A stretch of 64,000 bases of DNA from Paraspadella gotoi (lineage: Eukaryota; Animalia; Chaetognatha). Location: the NCBI GenBank assembly GCA_051294375.1, contig CM119271.1, positions 14,886,770 to 14,950,769 on the forward strand, given 5' to 3'. A model generated the notes under the pieces. That model was not told the origin of the DNA. It did not search any database and saw only the letters and a program-made list of their open reading frames with translations. Numbering within the stretch: position 1 is the first letter of the stretch; each line of letters begins with the position of its first letter. Positions 23,301 to 36,114 of the stretch are shown here, piece after piece. The position numbers and the translations under genes are program-made.

Positions 23301-26300
23301 CTCCGGTAAACCAACCAAGGTCATTCTCTCGTCTCCTAGGTGACGCGGACGCAATCTCTCGTCGACGTCGTCTGGCAGGACGGATCTGTCGAATACGAAA
23401 TCCCCTCGACTCAACTCTACCCCATTCACCATCTCGACGAACAAGAGTATTTCCCCGGAGATTTCTGCGCCAAAGGTGAGTCGGTGATCGAAAGCCGATG
23501 TTGAGAGGCTTTTTGGAAATAATTTCGATGTTTGTTTAGATTGGAATTTATTGTATATCGAAAGAGTTATACATTAGATCAAAATATTAACTCAGGCGAA
23601 AGCACGGTGGCCGACGTTTACGGCGTTGTGCAGCGCGGAGATCATCGCGAACGAACCTGTCGAGTCCGCTGGTTCAAACCTTACCACCCGGGTCAGGGTC
23701 AGACCTCGCCAACTTACCTCGAGGATGAGGAATGCTCCGTCTACGATCTCAAAGATCACTCGGGTGAGACTCCTTCGCTTTTCTATTCTCACAGCATGAG
23801 AGATTCTATTTATATCTTTTTAGGCGACTAATTACTATTTACCCCATTTCCTCTTAGACTTCGGCTACCGGCCCGGATCTCTGGTCATTCGTATCTCCGG
23901 ATTCGATACGGACAACGACGCTTCCGTGGGTCAGGTGGTGGAGATCCTCATGGACGGACGCCTCAAGGTCACGTGGTCCAACGGTCGATCCTCCTTCTGT
24001 TTCCCTCAAGACTTGTTCCTCTGCAGCGACGACTTTTACTCCGTCTTCGGCGACGGATCGGGTGAGTTTAAAGAGGGTGAGATCTGAGGTGCGATGCGTT
24101 TTCTGTCTCGTCAATTTCATTTTTCTTTGTCTCAGACGACGAATGGGAAGAAGAAGATGAAGAGAATGATGATGAAGAAGAAGACGACGACGACGACAAC
24201 GAAGTGAGCGATCAAAGCTGGGAGACGGAAAGCGAGGATTCTGATTGGGAACGAGAGGAGCTGACGACGGAGGAGGAGGCCGCTTCGCGTCGAGAGAAGG
24301 CAGACTTGGGTGAGGAGGAGGAGGAGGCGGCGGCGGCCGAGACGAGCCGCGCCCTCTATCCTTACTTTCCGTCCCCTTTTCGTTTCTTTTCTCTGGTTTT
24401 CTTCACTCTCGTCGATTGGCTGAGGGACTCTGGTGAGGAAGGAGGAGGGGCTTCGCCGTTAATGGGGGCGACCTCCAGACGTAGACGTTTCGGCGGAAAT
24501 ATAAGGGGATGGACATATTATTATGCAAATATAAAATGAGATTGTATAATGTATATACTCAATCTCACGTTACATTAAATATAATAATAAGTTCATCTCT
24601 TATAACTTCCGGTTTTTGATCGTTGCTTCTTCGTTTTCGTCATTTGGCGACGAATCGATTCGATATATAGTTTTCAACTTGTGCCGGATTGACTCGGCTT
24701 TTACATTTGATTTTTTTTTTTCGTAATATCGGAGATTTGCTTGGGTTTAGCTAAGTTTTTTTATTGTCTAAAGTTATGTATTTGAATTATGATTGAAATG
24801 GTTTCTGGGCCATTAACATTAGGCCTCGATCGATTTGTATTTTTGGGTTTTCCGTAACTTTCAAGTGAAATAGTTGGAAGTTTTTATTAATTCGAGGTTC
24901 ATATTCAAATTGAATTTACGAGTTTTTTTTTTATTTAATTTTTTTCTTTTTTAATCTATAAAATAGAATTTCTTGATATACCGTTTGCACCGTCGGACAG
25001 ATTTTCGTTTTAATTTCAATCTCAAGGAGAGATTCGTTGCGATTTACGATTTTCAGATTGTTTATGGGTATTAGGTTAAATTTTTATTAGGGTCTTCGTA
25101 AGTTCTCGTTTCCCTTTTCTCGGCACTTTTTAGTTAATATTTAGTTAAAATTGATAACAAGTAGCAATATGGCTTCGTGGTCTTTCCCCCCCGATCTCTC
25201 TCTTGTTCTTTTCTTTTCATTTTCTCCTCTCCTTCCCCCCCCCCAATCTCTTAGCGAAAGCCATCCGCGCTTCTCTCCGCGAGATGGTGAAGACCAACCC
25301 CGAAATCACGGTGGAATGCGTCGGCGCCGGCGACGCTCTGGAGGTCGAAGAAGACGTCGAGGAGACCGTCGACGACGCCGGCACGGAATTTTCGATGCTC
25401 CCGTCCACTCGACACAAACTCGTCGACGCCCTCAAGAAGGGGAAGGCCTCGCTCAAACGCCTCGACCAGATATTCAGCGAAAGAGCGGCGAGACTTCATA
25501 CGCAGGAGATGCCCGGTATGGGTCGCTCCAGAGACCAAACCGATTTTTAGAGAGTATAGGATGTAAAGAATAAAGATAAGAGAAAATAATTTTAATGATA
25601 ATTTTTATATAATTGAATTTATTTATAAAAAGAGATTTTCTTCTTCGCCCAGGCGTCGAAGTCTCCTTCGTCTTCAAGGAGATCCTCCACGTGTTCAACT
25701 GCTGCCGCGACATGGATCGCCTCATGGAGACTTCCTTCTTCAACGAGACTCTCTTCGACGGACACTTGGCCGAAATCCGGAAGCGACTCCGTCAGCTCAA
25801 ACAGGACAAGATCGCTTCCCGAGTCCTCGCGCGTCTCGAGATTCAGGTCTTGAATTTGGAATTTTTGATTTACGTCATTTTTTTTGGTTTCTCTTGATTA
25901 CACATTGTAGTATTAAATTGTAGTCGTATTAAGTTAGTCTTTTCAAATCAAAATACCAAAGCAGGGCGGCGCGGTGCCGAGTCAAAAAAAGCCGGAAGTT
26001 AACGAAACTGGCGGCGAATCGGGGGACGCGACGTCGGAATCTTCCGCCGCTCCCGTCGTCGTCCCCGCCAATCCCAAAGACCCTGCCGATTCTGAAGCCC
26101 AGACGCAGACCGATCACAACGCCTCCGCCGAACCCGAAGTTCCCTCCGCGACAGCTTCCATCCAACTCTACCCTCCGGACGATTCTAGTCCCGAAATGAC
26201 GGAAGTGTGGACCCTTTGCTCCAAAGTCTGCTCACTCCTCACTACGAACATGTCGCAGGCGATGACCGAAATCTCCAAGCGAGTCGATGATCAGAAGTGT

Positions 26301-27884
26301 GACGACGACGACGACGAGGACGACGCCTCTGCCGTTGCAAGCCCCGATGGCGATATTTCTGCCGCCGGAAGCGCTGACGCCGACGCTTCGGCCGCCTCGG
26401 CCGCCGGTAGCGAAGCCGCCGAATCGCCGGCCGAGAATCCCGTCGACGATCTCGTCGCCGACAACGACGTGTCCGATTCTGGTCTGACAGAAGCGACCCC
26501 TCCCCCGGCGCTCGCCGACATCGAAGCCTTCCGCACCCTCGAACACGCGCCCGAGACGCACATCTTTCACGCCAAGCCGACCGTGCCTCTCGATCAACGA
26601 TCATTCGGCGCCGCCGTTAGGAAAGACTTGAAGCTCCTTTCTACCTCCTTGCCCGACGGCATTTTCGTCAGGTGGTGTTTGTAGAAATTTATGAAGTTAT
26701 TAACCGAGTATTAATGAGTTAAGTTATACACATACTTAGTTATAAAAATGTTTTTAATTGGTCAAATTTGGCGACGTGAATAATTGAGATGAGGAGACAG
26801 GGTTAAACGAAGATACGAGGTCAATGTGGGTCATGTCTCTGGCCATTGTGGTAACCGGTGGTTGATTAGCCACTGACCTTGCGCTGAGGACAACTTTCGG
26901 CCAACTTTCGGCTATAAAAGTTTTATTATTGTTAATGTTAAACTCTTTGTACAATGTACAACATTAAATAATACAGTAGATTAAGATATCTTTATACTAC
27001 AATTTGCTTATCACGTTTTCTTAAACTAAATGTATTACTTATAAATTTGGTTGTCAACTCTCCTTTCCCCCCAGATCCTTCGAAGATCGCATGGATCTCT
27101 TCAGCTTCTTAATCGTAGGACCCTCCAAAACCCCCTACGAGGACGGCCTCTTCCTCTTCGACGCCCAACTGCCCCTCGACTACCCCAAGTCGCCGCCGAT
27201 CTTCCACTACGTCTCATATTGCAGCGAGAGACTCAACCCGAATCTCTACGAGGACGGAAAAGTCTGCGTTTCTTTGTTGGGTGAATATATTTCGCCATTT
27301 TCTCCTTTTCCAAAGAAATTATTATATTTTCCTCACTCTCTCTCCCCAACCCAGGCACATGGAACGGCAAAGGCAACGAAGTCTGGAACAGCCGGTCCAG
27401 TCTCCTCCAAGTTCTCGTCTCCATTCAGGGACTAATCCTCGTCGCTGAGCCTTACTACAACGAGGCCGGCTACGAGCGCCAGAAAGGGAGCCAGATCGGC
27501 GCAGAGAACTCGCGCATGTACAACGAGATGGCCGTCCTTAAAATGGCTCAGCACATGGCCAAGATGGGGCGGGAGTCGCTTTGGCGAGAGGAAGTTGGGT
27601 CAGAGGTCGTGGAGGGCGGAGTGTGGTCCGAAGTCATTTCCCACCATTTGAGGATCAACGGGAAGAGGGTGCTGAGGCGCTACGAGGCCTTGCTGGACGA
27701 AGAGAGGCCAGTCGGCGGCCCCGCGGGGGAAAAGGAGACCGGCTCCGTGGAGAGTCGGCCTTCGCTCGGGTATTCCCTCTTGCCCGCCTCCAAAGGATTC
27801 AAGCTCTCGCTCAAACTCGCCGTCAATTCTCTGTCGGAAGTCATCGCCAAATCGACGGCGGAGATTGAGTCGCCTGCTCGATAA
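20326..27884 (+). CDS. UBE2O: E2/E3 hybrid ubiquitin-conjugating enzyme UBE2O, about 15 exons
   Basis: N-terminal [38 protein letters not shown]...[24 protein letters not shown]; UBC domain [16 protein letters not shown]...[15 protein letters not shown]...[20 protein letters not shown]...[10 protein letters not shown]. Confidence 0.95.
21310..21577. mobile_element. LTR-like GC island in UBE2O intron 2
   Basis: Minus strand begins TGTCATG and holds two CCAAT boxes; non-coding; no TSD found. Confidence 0.35.
22503..22598. repeat. Short hairpin-type repeat in a UBE2O intron, shared with the gap flank
   Basis: 22503-22533 equals 10715-10745 (1 mismatch), followed by (TCTATA)n and a 12-bp inverted repeat ATATCGGTCCGC / GCGGACCGATAT. 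Confidence 0.65.
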
Positions 27885-27915
27885 CCCTATCGATGATACC
27901 GGCCTCCCCACTCGG

Positions 27916-27950
<35 letters not shown>

Positions 27951-28810
27951 TTCATTTGTTTTGTAAAAAAATGAAAAACGTTGCCCCAAGTCGTAGCTTG
28001 TTTTTATTATATCTTTTTTTCTTCGTGTCTCTTCGGAATATAAAACTTACTTGACAATTTTTGCCTCCGATGCCACCAAACGCTTGATTTATTTTTTTTT
28101 ATGAAGTATTCAAATACAGCATAGACTCACGTATGCTACATTTTCGTGTCGGACCGTCCGTATCTTTTGATGGTCATTGGAGTCTAATTTTTGTGCTAAT
28201 TTATTGGGCTAAGGATTTTAAAACCCAATGAGACGGAATAACAATCTCTCTCTCTCTCTCTGACTTATGTAGGATCGAACAATGTTAAGAAGCCGATATG
28301 TCGCTCTTACTACGTGTTTTTATAATCGAACTTTTGAATTTGATGTAGGCTTTTAAAAGGTGAGATGCTTTGAAAAAAGCTTTCCACTCGCTTATATGCA
28401 CATTACAAAATCAACATGCAACATATGGGATATTTTTAATGTATGCATATAATTTGTATCATCTGTAGCCATTTTGTGCGGTTTATGAAATTGGTACTAC
28501 CAATATATTTAAATATATTCATATGTCTATTGCTATATACCTTCTGAGGCCTTGGAGTCCCTTAAATCCTAAGCCGATGGAATCACTGACGCTGGCGACG
28601 TTTGTGTAGCAATCACTAATATATTTGTTAATATTCCTACTTTTTCTTCGCTCGATTTTGTTATTGTTCTGCTTTTTTTTTTTCTTAAAAGCAGACTTTT
28701 TTAGTCACTAATTAGAAAAAATAACTATCTATAATTTATTACATCTTTAATTTATAGCAATTACCAAAAGTCGAATCTATTTTAAAAGAGGCTTTTGCAT
28801 AAGATATTTG

Positions 28811-29122
28811 AGTTCATGGGAACTGAAAAAAAATCTGGCACAGAAAATGAATAACGGATTCATTTGAAAATCAGTCGCTTTACACAATAGAAGCAATGAA
28901 TGAAAACAATTCCAAATGACGATGGTGATTTGGCAAAGGTGCTAATGCCTCAACAATTTACATTACCAATCCTGCTATGCTAAGCGAGAAGAATCCATCA
29001 AGTATTAGTAAGTTTGATAAAGCTACCAAATTCGTTTTTGAAAAATAAATATTCTAATACTGAAAAGATTTTGATTCTTGTTCAGATATCATACTAATCT
29101 GTGCCAGATTTTTTAGTGAACT
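28811..29122. mobile_element. MITE (about 310 bp)
   Basis: Inverted repeat AGTTCA..AAAAAATCTGGCACAGA / TCTGTGCCAGATTTTTTAGTGAACT. Confidence 0.7.
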
Positions 29123-29461
29123 TCAAACGGGTCCTTTCTCTTTTTTGGTGTCAAATTGTAGTAAAGGAAATAAAGGAATTCATCGTTAATCTTCATTACT
29201 TCCTTTTAATTCCACGTTAAAAATCGGGAAATAAAACAGTCGCTAAGTTTTCAAATTTCTTTCCCACCCCGACGCTTCTTTACGTGTTTTACCTCCTGAA
29301 CCAGGAAGCTCATTTTTAACAAAAAACTACGAATCTTTTTTTTTTTCTATACTCAAAATTCACTTTTAAAATTTGACAGATAAATAATTAAGACGATAGA
29401 CAAAAAAAAATAAATAATTAAGACGATAGACAAAAAAAAAAAGAAACATAAGAACATCGCG

Positions 29462-30637
29462 ATGACGACCTGCGAATCGACGACGACGACGGCGGACGAT
29501 CGTCTCCGGTCCGAATGCGTTTCGTCGTCGCCGTTGACGAACCTTTCCGAGACGACGACGACGAACTCCTCGTCAACGTCGGTCCCCAACTCGATGCCTT
29601 CGAACTCGACGCAGCCGATGGCGGCGACGACGACCCCAACCAACTCGTCGTCGACGTCTTCGATCTCTCTCCCGCCGCCAGGGAACTCAACTCCGCCGTC
29701 CAACTCTTCCCCGCCCCTCCTCCCTGACTTGGCAAGTTCGCCATCCTCCTCCTCCTCCCAACCCTCCCCTGACTCTACCTCCTCCCTTCCTCCTCCAACT
29801 CATCCTCATCCTCATCCTCCAACTCATCCTCCCAAACTCGCCTCCGTTTTCCCCGTCATCCCCGACGACGACGAAGACGATCGAGCCGACGCCGCCGCCG
29901 CCGCTGCGGCCGCCGGGTTCGAGTGTCACATCTGCTTGGACATCGCCAAGGACGCCGTCGTCTCCATGTGCGGTCATCTCTTCTGTTGGCCCTGTCTCCA
30001 TCAATGGCTGGAGACGCGGCCCACGGTCCAACTCTGCCCAGTCTGCAAGGCGGGCATCAGCAAGGACAAAGTCGTTCCGCTCTACGGGAGAGGAGGCAAC
30101 GGGGAGCAAAAGGATCCGCGAACGAAGCCGCCGCCGCCGCGCCCGCAGGGTAAGTTAATCAAAACCTTAGTGATGCAATGGGCTAACACTTCATCTCGAG
30201 TTCTAGTAGCCCTGGTCGGAACAGTCCTTGCAAAAAAGCGACAGGCCGGAAAGCAAGACAACTGGGCACACCAAGTGTGGCCGCTGTTCGCGCCTTAAGA
30301 GGTCCACGGCCCTCTCCCCTCTTTCCCTTTATAAATATAATATTTTGTGATTGAAATCCCCAAAGGCCACCGTTCGGAGCCCGACTCCTCCTCTAACCTG
30401 GGTCACGGCGGAGCCTTCGGCGGTTGGCCCGGGATGATCTTCGGGGACGGTGGATCTCACCTCTCCTTCGGCATTGGCGCTTTTCCCTTCGCCTTTTTCG
30501 CATCCGCCTTGCATCTGCACGACGGTCGGCCGCCACCTCCTGCACCTGGCACTCCCCAGTGGGAAGAGGAACGATTCTTGACTCACATCTTCGTCGTCGT
30601 CGCCGCGCTCTTCGCCGTTTGGCTCTTGATGATTTGA
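29462..30637 (+). CDS. RNF185: RNF5/RNF185-family membrane-anchored RING E3 ligase, 2 exons
   Basis: Exons 29462-30149 and 30366-30637. [35 protein letters not shown]...[39 protein letters not shown]-terminal hydrophobic helix. Confidence 0.93.
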
Positions 30638-30984
30638 GAGACATGGGTGTGGGGGGGGGAAAGAGGGGCAGGGCATTAAAAGTAGACATAGCGGGAAGAA
30701 AGCGATTCATAGATAGAAAAAGTTAGTGGCAGCTTTTTACCGTCGTCTGTATTATTATCTTGTATTTAATTAAAATTTTTTTTCTCTCCTTTTTTCAAGT
30801 GGGGGGATTCAAATTTATCCCCCTTTTTGTTTTCTAGCTACGAGAGTAAAGAAACAAATAAACAAACAAACGAATTCTTTGTCCCTACTTGAATCGGTAG
30901 ATCTTCGCCCGATTCTCTGTTGAATTCATAATTTTCAGAGACAGAGAAGGAGAGGAAAAAGAGAGAGAGAGAGAGACGGAGACA

Positions 30985-33548
30985 ATGATGGATCCTCTGT
31001 TGGATTTCGATCTCGGGATGGACCTGACGCGATACCAAACTCCCGCTCGTCGACAGCGCCTCACTTTGAAGCAGAAAGTCCAGGTGTGGAGATGAGAGTG
31101 ACATTGTTATAAATTAATAAAGACTAGTCAAGCAGTCCCGGCCGATGCACCAATGTAAGAGAGCTTAATTGCCCTAAAATAATAGTAAACTTAACTCTAG
31201 TAGTATTCCCAGTATACATACCAATTAACTTACTTGTTGAATAAGAGATGCTAACTTGCTGTGGTAGAATACTCGCTTGCTTGAAACATATAGCTAGCTT
31301 AAGGGGAGTAAAGTCATAAGCATAGATACCTTATAGAGGTAAGAAAGTCTTTATTAATAAACATATATATTATGCATCTGACATGATTAAGAACTAAGAC
31401 CAGAGAGGAAACAGAGTTAATCCTGAAGCTTTAAACTATAATTGAAATACTTAAGAGTGGGTTCCAATGAGAATCTTTATAACTTAGTTTAATTGATAAT
31501 GAATATTAATAAATGTCCCAAACTCTCTAATCAATCATTACAATCAATTGCTACACTAATGACAAAAGTGAATTCGTGAAATGAGAACATGAAATGACAC
31601 AGGAACAGAATTTATGACAAGTCAATGTCAATACGACAATATGCAAATGAGATTGATGAACTCGATCTCATTCTTGGTTGCATCAAAAGTTCCTTCCTTA
31701 TAGTGGATATTGTTTAAAGTTTAATTCATTAAATACGTTAGATTGCGACGTGTTATGTTTAAGGTGATCAACTTCATCTCCCGCGGGGGAAAGAAGGTGG
31801 AGGCGTCGAAACGGTTCGGCATCTCTTCCTCCTCAATCTCCACACTGTGGAAGGTGCGCGACTCTCTCCTCGGCCGATTCCATCGCCGCGAGAACGGCGA
31901 CTCCAAGGCCAACAAGAAGCCGCCCTTCCTTCAGCTCGAGGATCCGCTCGTCGACTGGGTTCGATCCATGAAGGCTTCCGGGATCAGCCTAACGGGTGAG
32001 TTTAGGGGTGAGGGAAAGCGAAAGTTCATCTCCAATTGTTCGGGATTTTGAAAAAAATATTTTAACTATCGAAAAAAAAATTATTTACTATGGATTTAAT
32101 TTTTCTATCTTGGTTCACGTTAATTAATAATAATTATTGATTATGTCGATTCACTTGGTGGTTCGTCCAATAATAGAATCGAACCAGGGCTTCCGGCGTA
32201 TTCTACCCGAATCGCGGATCTGATTCCATTTTCGGTTCTGATTCCATCTGCGATGATGGTTAAGATGTTTTCATGTAATGATTTTCTATGAATCAAATTT
32301 AATTCAGTTTTAGTTCCGTTTAACGAGAAAAAAAAAGATTGTAAAAACTGTTTGACTCGACCGCCACAGGGGAACACATTCGTCAACGGGCGTTGGAGAT
32401 GGCGGATAAGATGAGCATGACGGGATTTACGGCCTCCACGGGATGGCTCTCCCGCTTCAAGAAGCGAAACTACAAGCGGCTTCAACTCGAGTCTGAGGAA
32501 GAAGAGGTGTGATTGTGAATTAGCAGATGTTGAGGGATCGGGTAGGGTAGGATAGTCCAAGTATTGTTATCATCATCATCAATTCTCATTTTAAATTGTT
32601 TCAAATTTCGCTTTAGGTCTTGGCACCGCTGCCGCAAACGGAACCGGAAGCTACGCCCACCTCGAAATTGGTCAGTTCCGTTTAAAGTTGATTCATACAT
32701 GTAAGCGAGCGACTGAGGATCATAAAAAGACTTAGTTCTCATATATTATCCTCCAGGAAAAATGTCCCGCATCTAATTACGCGGCGAGGAATCCTCGATC
32801 ACAGACAACGGCCACCTCTGCCTCCTCCTCCTCCTCCCGTCGTCGACGCTTTCTCGACGAGACTGGAGTCTTCCAATTGGAAAAGTCTTTGATCGAACTG
32901 GAGATGGAACATCTCGCCAAGATGAACGCGCTGCTTCGATTCCATCGAATCGTCTTCTATTTGGAAGCCGACGACACTCTGTTCGACGGGAGCGGCGGCA
33001 GCGGCGGCGCAGATGTCGACGTCCGACTTAACGAGAGGGAGGAATTCCCGGTTAAATTGGAGAACAACTGGGATGATTTCGGCGCGGAAGTCAACGCGGT
33101 CGACGCCGCCGCGGCAGATGCCGCAGTGGCTCGAAAAGCCGCCAACATTCCCAACGCATCTTTCGACTCGTTCTTCAAGCGGAGTTCGAAGAGGAAGTCT
33201 CTCGTCGGCGAAGTAATTGAGGCGAAGAGACCGAGAGTGGCGCCGGCCACGGGTTTAGCGCCTGCGCCGTCGCGGCCCAGAGAAAAGTCAGTTATGGCCG
33301 TCGTGGAGTCGCTCCGCAAGGCGGCGGAACCGACGACTGCGGCGGCGGATAGCGAGAGCGAGGATGGCGTACGGATGTCTAGGGACAATGGAGAGCGCGA
33401 AGGAGGAGGCGGCGGCGTCGGCGGTGAAGACGGCTGCGACTCGAGGGAACCTTCGTCTCGATTGACACTCGACGAAGGCTGCGGTAGATTCGGAGATCGT
33501 CTCGGGCGGACGGACGAGAGACGTTCGACGACGCCTTCCGCCAAATGA
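30985..33548 (+). CDS. CENP-B/pogo(Tigger)-type tandem HTH DNA-binding protein without DDE domain, 5 exons
   Basis: Exons 30985-31083, 31764-31995, 32370-32506, 32617-32670, 32757-33548 in frame. RRQRLTLKQKVQVI...RFGISSSSISTLWK; LEDPLVDWVRSMKASGISLTGEHIRQRA...FTASTGWLSRFKKR. Confidence 0.85.
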
Positions 33549-34258
33549 CCCGTCTCTTCTTGCAATCTCTTCTCCTGTATTTAAAACTCAGTGATTTACT
33601 TCTTCTCCACCAGATGTCACATGTCGATTAGTTTTAAAATAAAACTCATCGTTTTGTTTTGTTTTGTTGTTTTTTTTGTTTCCGGTCGGAGAGTTCCGGA
33701 ATGACACGGGTCTATATCGGACAGGACCGTCGCCAAAGATCGGTTTGCCGCATCGATGTAAATTGTATCTTTATTAATTATTATCGCGATCACTGTGATT
33801 AGCTTATTTGTTTTTTGCTGTCCTTGGACACACAGTCTCGTTTTACTTTTTATTATTTTTTTCTTCGCTGTTAAACAGGAATTAATTAAAACGAAACAAC
33901 ATCGACTTTTTCCTTTTTTCATCAACATCAACAAAACTGCACCAGTATTGTGAAAAAATTCATTTTTTTCAATATCTGACATTGTTGGAACGGAGCGTAT
34001 CAGTAATGTGATAGATGTTTTATGCGTATCCTAATATGTTATTAACATTAACCAATTACATTGTATATAAAATTATATTATTTCGTCAAACTTTAAAAAT
34101 TTTTCCCCCCTAGAAATTTTTTCCTCAATCGGCATTTGCAATATGGAGATAGCATAAAACAATTCTGTTCGATCCAAGTCTAAGATTACTATTTCCCTCC
34201 TTTCTGAATCTGGTTTTTTGTCCTTGGATTAATCTTCTTTTCTTGTTCGTTCATCTCG

Positions 34259-35167
34259 ATGTTCGCATTCATTCCGAATAAAGGATTCGGTCGTTCAACC
34301 CGAATCCTTCTCCGACGAGCCTCTTCCTCCTCCTCCTCCTCCTCCTCCTCCTCAAGTTCGAGTTGGGAGAATAAAACGTCCGACGAGAAAGATCGATGGA
34401 GAGGCCTGGAGTCCTACCGGTGGTACCTGCCTTTTCAAACGAGGTCAAAGGTAGACCTTGAGAGGTCACACCGTGATTTGGCCCATTTCCTGCACTTGGG
34501 TTCCATCACCGTCAGGATATCCATTATAAAAAAATTATAAAAAAAGAGTAGTAGAAAATCTCATACTAAGATACCAAATATTACATTAACTACCCGAAAT
34601 TCCTCATTCCAAAAAAGGACAGCGATTGTTACGGTCATGTAAACAACGCCGAGTATATGTCATACTTGGGCACCGCGATTGGAATGTTTCTCATTCGCTT
34701 TTGCGACTGCCACTTCACGTTGAACCATCCGGTTCTTACGCTCGTCGCGGATAATTCTTATCAGTTCTACAAACCTATCTGTTACCCAAACATTCAATTA
34801 GGTAACTTTTTTTTTTTTTTTTTGCATTTATTGGTCTTTCAACAGTTACCAATGAAATTGACAAACTTGTCAGTCTCTGGTATCTTACGAAATTGTTCCC
34901 ATCTCAGCTGGCTTGGCGGTGAGTCACCTTGGCAATAGTTCAATCTGCTACCAATTGGGCCTCTTTCAAATTGGCAACGAAAATGAAAACCCCGGCGGGC
35001 TAAACATTTTCGATGGCCATCGTCCTGGCGACGTCATCCTTGAAAAGTTTGATAATGACGCCTCGGGTACCGCGACTTTTGTTCACGTCGTAGTGGACAG
35101 TCGGACGATGAAGCCCACGCGGATCCCAGAAAATATGAGGATTCAATTGAGTACTATTTTTAGCTGA
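34259..35167 (+). CDS. Hotdog-fold acyl-CoA thioesterase (4HBT/YbgC-like), copy 1, 3 exons
   Basis: Exons 34259-34450, 34618-34801, 34908-35167. FQTRSK|DSDCYGHVNNAEY, HLGNSSICY, GTATFVHVVVD; Arg/Ser-rich presequence-like N-terminus. Confidence 0.85.
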
Positions 35168-35396
35168 GCCTTTTAGCATGCATCGATTTAAGCCAAAGAT
35201 TAGGCAAATTGAAAATGGTCACTGGCTGTTTATCGCCGTTCCGTTAATCACTTAATGTATGTTACCTTTTTTTGACTTGTTCGGTACGTGCTTTGGCCCT
35301 TTTAATCAATCATCTGAGCATTAATCAAGTCAATTTTTAATTTTTGAAATTTTACTTGATCAATAAATAATTAAACATTTTGTATGTGACTTATAG

Positions 35397-35426
35397 AGTT
35401 GCCCCGCGAGTACTTGCGGCGCAACT
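35397..35426. repeat. 30-bp minimal derivative of the AGTTGCGCCGC MITE
   Basis: AGTTGCCCCGCGAGTACTTGCGGCGCAACT matches the left end of 47607-47936 joined to its right end. Confidence 0.55.
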
Positions 35427-35590
35427 AAAAAATTGTATCAGCATCGAACTCGTGAAGTTTATTGGTTAAGCATTTCTGTCGCGCATGTGACAATTTTACC
35501 ATCTTTTCTCTTTAAAGTTGAATAAACATTGTGCTATAAATCCTTTCTTTTTCGTTGCTTGAGTTAATTAGAGAAAGTTTGGATTTTGAC

Positions 35591-35700
35591 AACGATTTGG
35601 TTTTATTATTATAAAACAGACATGTTTCGGCTTTGCTTTCAAGCCTCACAAAAAATACAGAGTCGAAACATGTCCTGTTATTAATGTCAAATAAATCGTT
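35591..35700. repeat. Palindromic relic with degenerate minimal hammerhead half (Penelope-like)
   Basis: GACATGTTTCGGCT...AGTCGAAACATGTC inverted pair; minus strand reads GA-GGCTT(GAAAGCA)AAGCC-GAAA-CATG-TC. Confidence 0.5.
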
Positions 35701-36114
35701 TTTCGAAAATAAAAACTTATTTCTTAAGATTTTTATAATAATTTAATGTTGATTTATTATTTGATTGTTTTAAAACTTAGTTTTCAGCATCATTAAATAA
35801 GTATTGCTTATGATAAAGATATATCTTTACTACTTTAATCACACTACCCGATCCGAGCCTCACAAGCTCAACAACAACCTTTAACCCTGAAGAACTTGAC
35901 CCGGCATCGTCGTCACTACCTCTCTTTTGTCCGGAGGGGGGGGGGCAACTCTATTTTTAGCTCTTTCTTTACCTTATTTACCTTATGTTGGTTTTAAATC
36001 CTCAATTTTTATGATATTTCGTTGACTATTTTAGCATGCGAACTCTTTTGATAGCATTGCTTGAAGAAAACTGACTCGGGAGATTACCCTCGCAATCACT
36101 TTTCCTCCGCCGCG

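Noticed and set aside
29381-29441. 30-bp direct duplication upstream of RNF185
   Set aside because: Simple local slippage duplication; two units only, no spacers, not CRISPR-like.
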